A stretch of 27,055 bases of DNA from contig CAYHSQ010000001.1 of NCBI GenBank assembly GCA_964359365.1, forward strand, positions 1-27,055, written 5' to 3'. The DNA is from an uncultured Candidatus Saccharibacteria bacterium. Its GTDB lineage: Bacteria > Patescibacteriota > Minisyncoccia > UBA6257 > UBA11618. The translations under genes were made by a program, and so were the position numbers. Shown in pieces: positions 1 through 6,132 of the stretch; the first letter of the stretch is position 1; the number at the start of each line of letters is the position of its first letter. The notes under the pieces are model-generated. The model had not been told where the DNA came from, ran no database searches, and saw only the letters and a list, made by a program, of their open reading frames with translations.

Positions 1-1532
1 CAGTTCATGGGGGCGGTGTTCCAGATTTTTTGTAAAACTGAACGAGTGTCTTTGCAGTTGGTAAAAGATTTTAGCATTGAGAAGATCGCGGGTGGGAGCT
101 TGCAGGATGGAGGAGTGCCTTTGGAGCCGGCATCTTTGTATGCTTTGTATTTATCTAGACAGTTTTTAATTTCGAGGGAGGTTTCGAATAATTTTTGGCC
201 GACGTAGTCTGGATGATTGTTGAGAAGGAGGTCGGGAATGGTTTGGTTGCCAAAAAGAGCAACGGTTGAAATGCCCGCGACGGTTTTTTCGGCGAGAGAG
301 CCTTCAAAGCCGTAGCCGACAATGATTGATTGAGCAACGCCGGCGATGGCGGCGGCATAGACGGTAAAGGTAACCGCACGACCGCCTAGTTGAATGGTTC
401 GATTGATAACTTTGCCAGCTTTGGTGGCTTCTTCGGCAGCTTCTTTGATGGCTTGTTTGAGAGCGTCTTGGTCGGTGACGCTTAATTCTTTAATGGTATT
501 CTGTAAAGCAATTTCTTCAGGAGAGATTGTTGGTTTGGGGCAGGCTTCCCCGGTGGGAGTTTGAGGTGGGGTTATAGTAGGGGGAGTTCTTGGGACTAAG
601 GCGCTTTTTCTTGGGCATAGAAAGTTTCTTAATTTTCCCCAAATTCCCTTGCCATCTTTATGAGCTTCAAATCTTTTATAAACGGCTTCAAATAAATCAT
701 CAAAGTTTTTGTAACCTAGGATTTTACTTAACTCATTAGCGTTTACATTTTCTGAACCAGCTTTTTTAAGCAAATTAGCGAGATCGATTTTTTCTTGCAC
801 AGCGGCCGCACTTTCTTTTTCTAGCATATCTTCCCCAGTTAAGATGGCTAGAGCGTAATCAAAACCAGTGTAGTCTGTGGTGGTGGTTAGCGAGCTATAT
901 AAATAAGATTTAAGAGAACTTCTTGTTACGCCTTTATCACCAGCTAAACCAACGATAATATTATTTAAATGGCTGTCGGTGTATTTGGAGCAGTTACACA
1001 CGGCATTTTCTGCATGTTGAGGAATTAACTCTGGCAGGAAGCCTGATCTACCGCTGTCACGGTTTACGCAGTGAACTAATTCGTGAGCCAAACTAGCTTT
1101 TGCTGGGCCACTTTTTTGATTTCTGCCAATTCTAATAGTGTCGCAGCTTTTGAAAGCGTCATCGGCTATACTAAAACTACCGCCTTGGCCTTCGGTTAAA
1201 GATATTTTTAATTTTTCGGGCAGGAATTTTTTACCTGTTAATTTTTCTATTTCGTCTTTCAATGAAAGATAGTCTTTTATGACTGTTATGGCTTGATTGA
1301 TATTGATGGAGGGGTTTCTTGGATTGAAGTTGATTTCTAGATAAGGTTCTAAAATTGTAATTAAGCCATAATCACCGTCCGTAACTACGGTGACATTTTT
1401 TAGACCGGTAGCCTTCATGATTTGATTGGCTAGTTCGATGTTGTTTGTTAGCTCTGGAAAAGCTAACACTGGCTGCCAAAAAAAGATGAAAAATGAGACG
1501 ATGAAAAAAAGTGGCAAGAGGAACTTGGCCAT
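1..1532 (-). CDS. Secreted zincin-like metalloprotease-domain protein, partial (runs off the left edge, >=510 aa)
   Basis: Absent from the ORF track. Manual translation from ATG at 1532 is stop-free to the window edge. It begins with the signal peptide MAKFLLPLFFIVSFFIFFWQPVLA, has AHELVH (HExxH, nt 1071-1085) with a downstream Glu (QHAENAV), a Pro/Thr linker, a helical segment and a hydrophobic Ala/Gly-rich stretch. Confidence 0.85.
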   Translation of the reverse strand, partial: MAKFLLPLFFIVSFFIFFWQPVLAFPELTNNIELANQIMKATGLKNVTVVTDGDYGLITILEPYLEINFNPRNPSININQAITVIKDYLSLKDEIEKLTGKKFLPEKLKISLTEGQGGSFSIADDAFKSCDTIRIGRNQKSGPAKASLAHELVHCVNRDSGRSGFLPELIPQHAENAVCNCSKYTDSHLNNIIVGLAGDKGVTRSSLKSYLYSSLTTTTDYTGFDYALAILTGEDMLEKESAAAVQEKIDLANLLKKAGSENVNANELSKILGYKNFDDLFEAVYKRFEAHKDGKGIWGKLRNFLCPRKSALVPRTPPTITPPQTPTGEACPKPTISPEEIALQNTIKELSVTDQDALKQAIKEAAEEATKAGKVINRTIQLGGRAVTFTVYAAAIAGVAQSIIVGYGFEGSLAEKTVAGISTVALFGNQTIPDLLLNNHPDYVGQKLFETSLEIKNCLDKYKAYKDAGSKGTPPSCKLPPAIFSMLKSFTNCKDTRSVLQKIWNTAPMN

Positions 1533-1538
1533 TTTTTT

Positions 1539-1547
1539 ATTTTAGCA
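1539..1547 (-). promoter_or_regulatory. Extended -10 (TGcTAAAAT) 6 nt before the ATG; probable leaderless promoter
   Basis: Minus strand reads TGCTAAAAT-aaaaaa-ATG, with no Shine-Dalgarno sequence. Confidence 0.5.
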
Positions 1548-1581
1548 TTTTAGCAGGGGGATTATTAGTATTGATAATGAA

Positions 1582-1613
1582 CTGGATCCCCGGGTCAAGC
1601 CCGAGGATGACAG
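1582..1613. repeat. REP-like palindromic element (minus strand GTCATCCTCGGGCTTGACCCGGGGATCCAG)
   Basis: GC-rich hairpin in an AT-rich intergenic region. It resembles the GTCAT(T/C)CC...GG(G/A)ATCCAG class of dispersed repeats (dRS3-like); recognised by pattern only. Confidence 0.6.
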
Positions 1614-1666
1614 ACTGTGGGAGGTGACAGAATATTGGAAACGCGCTAAGATCAAGGCACTTTTTT

Positions 1667-2233
1667 ATGAAAGACAGGATTGTGTTTGATATTGAAACGA
1701 AAAATACTTTTGCGGATGTGGGCGGGCAGGAGAATATTGATAAGCTCGACATGTCGGTGACGTGTGCTTATTCTTATAACGAAAATAAATATTATACTTT
1801 TTGGGAGTCGGATTTGGAGGCCTTGGGGAAGATGTTGCAAGATGCATCTGTCGTGATTGGGTTTGCGATTAATCGGTTTGATTTACCGGTGCTCGCAAAA
1901 TATTTTAAATTTAACATTGATAAGGTGCCGAGAATCGATTTGCTCGAAGAAATCGAGCTAGCTTTTGGGAGCAGAATTGGGCTCGGGATTGTGGCGGAGA
2001 CGACTTTGGGGATTGGGAAGAGTGGGCATGGGCTGGATGCGATTGAATATTGGGAAACAAAGAATTTTGAAGCATTGGAAAAATATTGTTTACAGGATGT
2101 AAAGGTGACGAAGGAGCTTTATGATTTTATTTTGAAGAATGAGTACGTGCTGATTCCAAAGAGATATACTAATGAAATTATCAAGGTGCCGGTAGTGATT
2201 AAGCCTTTGGAGATTCCGTTGAGTTTGTTTTAA
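1667..2233 (+). CDS. DEDDy 3'-5' exonuclease, RNase H-like fold (YprB/RNase_H_2-like)
   Basis: ExoI motif VFDIET, ExoII motif GFAINRFD, ExoIII motif YCLQD; 188 aa. Confidence 0.85.
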   Translation: MKDRIVFDIETKNTFADVGGQENIDKLDMSVTCAYSYNENKYYTFWESDLEALGKMLQDASVVIGFAINRFDLPVLAKYFKFNIDKVPRIDLLEEIELAFGSRIGLGIVAETTLGIGKSGHGLDAIEYWETKNFEALEKYCLQDVKVTKELYDFILKNEYVLIPKRYTNEIIKVPVVIKPLEIPLSLF

Positions 2234-2238
2234 AAAAC

Positions 2239-2259
2239 AAAACCCCTTTCGGGGTTTTT
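2239..2259. terminator. Bidirectional intrinsic terminator
   Basis: AAAACCCC-tttc-GGGGTTTT between convergent genes. Confidence 0.75.
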
Positions 2260-2273
2260 GATAATTGTACTTT

Positions 2274-2984
2274 TTATTTTCTTCTCATTGCCATGTGAGT
2301 GGCGGGGATGATGTCGAATAAGAAATCGTATAAGAAGTGAACGAGGATTGCTATTGGGAGGCCGAATTTGAACATGATCCAGAAGAGGAACATGCCGCCA
2401 AACCAACTGTTTACCCAGCCGAAAAATCCTTGATATTTGTGTCCATCTCTAAAGAAGGTATTGGTAGCGATTATCGAAGCTCCAACTGCCCAGCTAGAGC
2501 TATGAAAGATATATGGTTCTAGAGCTTTGAACGTTGCCCAGTTTGCAATTGGTCCAACTAAGTGCATGTGGAACCATTCGGTGATGCCGAAGCCAAGAAA
2601 GCCGAAGAAGCAGTAGTTAGCAATTTGTACTGAAACAATGTTCGACATGAAAAAGAGCCATCTAAAGGCTATTTCTTCGGTAACTCCTGCAAAGAGGCTG
2701 TGCAATGTTCCTCCAATTAAGAATTCGTGGACCTCTGGGTCTCGGCGACGCCTTGGGCCCATAGATAGTGCGGCGAGAGTTGCGAGGGCGGTTCCCCAGA
2801 GGAGAAGCGGCCAAGAACCAATCAACCAATCAATCATCGCCCCTTTAACTTTCCAAAGTTCGAAAAATTTGAATGGTACGGCCTGAGGCCAAAAGTGCAT
2901 AATGATTGGTAATACGATGATGCTTCCCAATAATTTGTTCCAATACTTACTCCACCATTCTCTCGTTTCGTTTTCAGCAGACAT
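2274..2984 (-). CDS. CPBP family (CAAX/Abi) intramembrane glutamic protease
   Basis: Motifs EEIAFR, FFRDGH and HFLYD, with several TM helices. Start moved to ATG 2984 because GGAGG lies 5 nt upstream (2990-2994). Confidence 0.85.
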   Translation of the reverse strand: MSAENETREWWSKYWNKLLGSIIVLPIIMHFWPQAVPFKFFELWKVKGAMIDWLIGSWPLLLWGTALATLAALSMGPRRRRDPEVHEFLIGGTLHSLFAGVTEEIAFRWLFFMSNIVSVQIANYCFFGFLGFGITEWFHMHLVGPIANWATFKALEPYIFHSSSWAVGASIIATNTFFRDGHKYQGFFGWVNSWFGGMFLFWIMFKFGLPIAILVHFLYDFLFDIIPATHMAMRRK

Positions 2985-3102
2985 GGGGGCCTCCACACTA
3001 TGTTAGGGGTCGGGTTTTTCAAAGGGCCACTTTTCGTATATTGACAGATATATTCATATAAGTCAATAGTATTTAAGATGATGATTTTTTAATTGGGCAA
3101 GG

Positions 3103-3131
3103 CTGACGGGGTTTGAGCTTATCTATATTAT
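3103..3131 (+). promoter_or_regulatory. Sigma70-like promoter, probably leaderless
   Basis: CTGACG-17 nt-TATTAT, then 7 nt to ATG 3139. Confidence 0.45.
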
Positions 3132-3138
3132 ATAATTT

Positions 3139-4431
3139 ATGCATATTGCTGATTTGGATTTGAATGAGGATTTTGTGCGGGCTTTGGATTTGCTTGAAAA
3201 TTCGGAGAAGCATCTTTTGATTACGGGGAAGGCGGGGACGGGGAAGTCGACTTTGTTGAGTTATTTTCGAGACAAGACGAAGAAAAAGTTGGTGGTGTTG
3301 GCTCCGACAGGAGTGGCGGCGGTGAATGTGGGTGGGGAAACGATTCATAGTTTTTTTGGATTTTCGCCGATGATTGAGGTGATTGCGGCAAAGCAGCTTG
3401 GGGCACGGACGAAGAAGACGATTTATGAAAGATTGGACGCGATTATTATTGATGAGGTGTCGATGGTACGGGCTGATTTACTTGATTGCGTGGATAAATT
3501 TTTAAAGGCGGCGCGGAAAAGTGAGCTGCCTTTTGGCGGAGTGAGAATGATTTTTTTGGGAGATTTATATCAGTTGCCGCCGGTGTTTAAAGAAGAAGAG
3601 AGTGGGTTGTTTGGGAGTGTTTACAAAACTTTTTATTTTTTTGGGTCGATGGTGATTCGGGAAATTTTGCAAAGTGGTGATTTGATATTGGTGGAGTTGG
3701 AAAAAGTTTATCGACAGAAGGAGGCGGATTTTCTTTCTGTGTTAAATAAAATTCGGGAGGGGCGAGCGGATTATGATGGGTTAAATTTTTTAAATAAAAG
3801 GCACGAGATGCCGCGGGCCTTGTTACCTAATGAGATTATGCTTACCTCTACAAATTATTTGGCGGAGCGAATGAACGAGGGTAATTTAAAGCAGATTGAT
3901 TCGGCGATGAAAGAATATAAGGGGGTGCGGTCGGGGGATTTTGCTGAACACACTTTGCCGACTTATGAAAAATTGGCGTTGAAAAAAGGGGCGCGGGTGA
4001 TGACTTTGAATAACGATGAGCGCGGGCGATGGATTAATGGAACTTTGGGGGTGGTGAAAGAATTAAATAAAGATACGGTGGTGGTGAAGCTTGATAGCGG
4101 GAAGGAGTATGAGATTGGGCCTTACGTGTGGAATGTTTATAAATTTATGTTGAACGTGAGTCGGAACACGGTGGAGGCGAAGGAGGTGGGGAGTTTTGCA
4201 CAGTTGCCTTTGAAGCTTGCGTGGGCGATGACGATTCATAAGGCGCAGGGTAAGACTTTCGATAAAGTGGCGTTGAGTTTGGGGCGAGGGGCGTTTGCGG
4301 CGGGGCAACTTTATGTGGCTTTGAGTCGGGTGCGGACTTACGATGGACTAACTTTATTTTCGAAAATTAGTGATGAAGATTGCATCGTGAATTATGAAGT
4401 GGAGGAGTTTTTGAATCGGCTTAGGGGGTAG
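3139..4431 (+). CDS. Pif1/RecD-like SF1B DNA helicase
   Basis: GKAGTGKS, APTGVAA, TIHSFF, IIDEVSMV, GDLYQLPPV, QLPLKLAWAMTIHKAQG and GQLYVALSRV. Confidence 0.92.
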   Translation: MHIADLDLNEDFVRALDLLENSEKHLLITGKAGTGKSTLLSYFRDKTKKKLVVLAPTGVAAVNVGGETIHSFFGFSPMIEVIAAKQLGARTKKTIYERLDAIIIDEVSMVRADLLDCVDKFLKAARKSELPFGGVRMIFLGDLYQLPPVFKEEESGLFGSVYKTFYFFGSMVIREILQSGDLILVELEKVYRQKEADFLSVLNKIREGRADYDGLNFLNKRHEMPRALLPNEIMLTSTNYLAERMNEGNLKQIDSAMKEYKGVRSGDFAEHTLPTYEKLALKKGARVMTLNNDERGRWINGTLGVVKELNKDTVVVKLDSGKEYEIGPYVWNVYKFMLNVSRNTVEAKEVGSFAQLPLKLAWAMTIHKAQGKTFDKVALSLGRGAFAAGQLYVALSRVRTYDGLTLFSKISDEDCIVNYEVEEFLNRLRG

Positions 4432-4439
4432 GGAAGAAA

Positions 4440-4514
4440 CTAGAGAACTAGAATCTAGAAGCTAGTAGAAGGTGAAGATGAGGGGGGAACTAGATACTAG
4501 TCCCTAGATTCTAA
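4440..4514. repeat. Two runs of CTAG with ~7-nt period that form an inverted repeat
   Basis: CTAG at 4440, 4448, 4455, 4462, 4490, 4497 and 4504. TAGAATCTAG (4449-4458) is the reverse complement of CTAGATTCTA (4504-4513). Confidence 0.75.
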
Positions 4515-4518
4515 TTTG

Positions 4519-4548
4519 TGCTACAATATTTTTTAGTTCGTTGAGGTT
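4519..4548 (+). promoter_or_regulatory. Extended -10 promoter plus conserved AGTTCGTTGAGGTT motif (copy 1)
   Basis: TGcTACAAT at 4519-4527. The 14-mer at 4535-4548 is identical to 5095-5108. Confidence 0.55.
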
Positions 4549-4612
4549 ACGATTTTTGTTTTCCGGATAGTCTACGCTTATGAAGCTTAGGCTTACCGAG
4601 GGAGGAGTTGCC

Positions 4613-4912
4613 GTGTTACGAAAAGCATTGCTAATGATTTTTATGTGCTCGACTTTGTTTATGGCGACGGAAGCCTTTGCTGATCATAGACATCATCGTG
4701 GTGGAAATTGTGTGCCGCAGCGTGGTTATTACACTCCTCAGTACAATTATGGTGGTGGGGGAATGGGTTTGGGATTTAGCATAGGTGGTGGAAGTAGTCG
4801 TGTTTACATTGGTCAGCCTTACTATCAACCTGTGTATAGTTATGTGAATCAGTGGCATTGGGATGCTTGGGGGCGTTGGGTTTACGGCCCGGTGCTTGTC
4901 CGGATTAGGTAA
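4613..4912 (+). CDS. Secreted small Gly/Tyr/His-rich protein, paralog 1 (99 aa)
   Basis: Start moved to GTG 4613 (GGAGG at 4601-4605), which gives a 23-aa signal peptide aligning residue for residue with paralog 2. C-terminus is WGRWVYGPVLVRIR. Confidence 0.8.
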   Translation: MLRKALLMIFMCSTLFMATEAFADHRHHRGGNCVPQRGYYTPQYNYGGGGMGLGFSIGGGSSRVYIGQPYYQPVYSYVNQWHWDAWGRWVYGPVLVRIR

Positions 4913-4932
4913 TAATAATGATAACAATAAAT

Positions 4933-4958
4933 AAGCCTCGAATTTTTCGGGGCTTTTT
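4933..4958 (+). terminator. Intrinsic terminator
   Basis: AAGCCTCGAA-ttt-TTCGGGGCTT followed by T-run. Confidence 0.8.
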
Positions 4959-5078
4959 AAACTGACTTTATTCTCTTGGCGGGTGGTAATATCTCATCAA
5001 GTTTAACGGCGTTAATAAGGACCACTTAAAGGGGTGGCTACATTAGTTCCTTTATAATTTGCTAATTATTTAATTTTG

Positions 5079-5108
5079 TGACATAATTTTGATCAGTTCG
5101 TTGAGGTT
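5079..5108 (+). promoter_or_regulatory. Extended -10 promoter plus conserved AGTTCGTTGAGGTT motif (copy 2)
   Basis: TGaCATAAT at 5079-5087 and the 14-mer at 5095-5108. Confidence 0.55.
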
Positions 5109-5171
5109 TGTTTCGACCCTTTTTTTGAGCGATAAGCTGCATTTTACACAACTTATCGCAGGAGAATTGTC

Positions 5172-5654
5172 ATGCCTAAGAAACTTTTGTGGATGATTTT
5201 GATGTGCTCTATTTTGCTTATGGCGGCGGAAGTTTTTGCTTTTGGTGGTCATGGCCACGGTGGAGGCAGCGGTCATCATGGCGGCGGTAGTTTCCGCGGC
5301 GGTGGGGGTATGTCTCATCACGGCGGTGGTTCTCATGGTGGGCATTTACATGGCTATGGCGGCGGTTACACTTCAAGTTTGTTGGATTACCGAGGTTCTA
5401 ACTATGGCGGTGGATACAGTACTTATGGGTATTCGCCTGGATTTTATAGTGGGCATGGAAGTGGCTATAGTAGCTACGGCAGCGGGTACAGCAGCGGAGG
5501 TGGTGGATTGAGTTTTGGCTTGAGTCTTGGTGGTTCGGGTTATTCTCAGCCCTACTATCAGCAGTCCGTGCCCGAGTATGCTTATCGTAATCAATATTAC
5601 CGAACTTGGTGGGGGGAATTGCGTTACGGTCCCATACTTGTTCGAATTAGATAA
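5172..5654 (+). CDS. Secreted small Gly/Tyr/His/Ser-rich protein, paralog 2 (160 aa)
   Basis: SD AGGAG upstream; signal peptide ending AEVFA; His/Gly block followed by GYS/SYG repeats; C-terminus WWGELRYGPILVRIR. Confidence 0.85.
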   Translation: MPKKLLWMILMCSILLMAAEVFAFGGHGHGGGSGHHGGGSFRGGGGMSHHGGGSHGGHLHGYGGGYTSSLLDYRGSNYGGGYSTYGYSPGFYSGHGSGYSSYGSGYSSGGGGLSFGLSLGGSGYSQPYYQQSVPEYAYRNQYYRTWWGELRYGPILVRIR

Positions 5655-5688
5655 AAAATTAGTATATAAATTAGTTGACTTGAAAGTT

Positions 5689-5712
5689 AAGCCCTGATAA
5701 TCGGGGCTTTTT
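5689..5712 (+). terminator. Intrinsic terminator
   Basis: AAGCCCTGA-taa-TCGGGGCTT followed by T-run; similar to the terminator of paralog 1. Confidence 0.8.
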
Positions 5713-5748
5713 GTTTTTTAATATTACATAGCCTATACTCTAGGTAGG
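5711..5748 (+). promoter_or_regulatory. Promoter of the copper operon with a possible CsoR operator
   Basis: TTGTTT-17 nt-TATACT (5711-5739). The imperfect inverted repeat CCTA-N9-TAGG (5732-5748) overlaps the -10. Confidence 0.4.
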
Positions 5749-5798
5749 AGGTGTTAATAAGTGTTAAGATTTATTAATTAAGAATAAAGAGAAAGGAT

Positions 5799-6074
5799 AT
5801 GAAAATAAATAAAAAATTACCGGTGAAAAAGGCTAAGGCTTTGCTTTGCGCGAAGCAGGCGGCAGGGACTTTGGCAAAGGTCGTTTTAATGATGGAGGAG
5901 AATAGATATTGTCCTGAAATTATTCAACAGGTGGAGAGCATTATCGGTTTGATGAAAACTACCAAACGAGAACTTTTAGCAGGACATCTGGATACATGTT
6001 TAGAGCACCAGCTTTCAAGTAATAAAAAAAAGGCGATCGAGGAATTATTAAAAATTTTTAATTTGTCGGATTAA
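5799..6074 (+). CDS. csoR: CsoR/RcnR-family metal-sensing repressor
   Basis: C38, H63 and C67 form the CsoR C-H-C fingerprint; 91 aa; directly upstream of a Cu ATPase. Confidence 0.85.
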   Translation: MKINKKLPVKKAKALLCAKQAAGTLAKVVLMMEENRYCPEIIQQVESIIGLMKTTKRELLAGHLDTCLEHQLSSNKKKAIEELLKIFNLSD

Positions 6075-6084
6075 AAATTGAACA

Positions 6085-6118
6085 CCTCCCCCCACCCCTC
6101 CTCATTAGAGGAGGGGGG
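6085..6118. repeat. GC-rich palindromic element CCCCTCCTC-atta-GAGGAGGGG
   Basis: Perfect 9-bp stem (6095-6116) preceded by a C-tract, between csoR and copA; no U-tract follows. Confidence 0.6.
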
Positions 6119-6132
6119 ATGGAGTAAAAATT

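Noticed and set aside
7-379. Short ORFs 7..207(+) and 155..379(-)
   Set aside because: They overlap the longer stop-free minus-strand zincin frame, which has a signal peptide and catalytic motif.
4580-4612. Longer start for paralog 1 (MKLRLTEGGVA)
   Set aside because: The extension contains the GGAGG SD; GTG 4613 aligns exactly with the paralog 2 start.
4631-5594. ORFs overlapping the Gly-rich genes (4631..4927, 5070..5345, 5236..5511, 5373..5594)
   Set aside because: By-products of GGN/CAY-rich codons; no RBS or terminator support.
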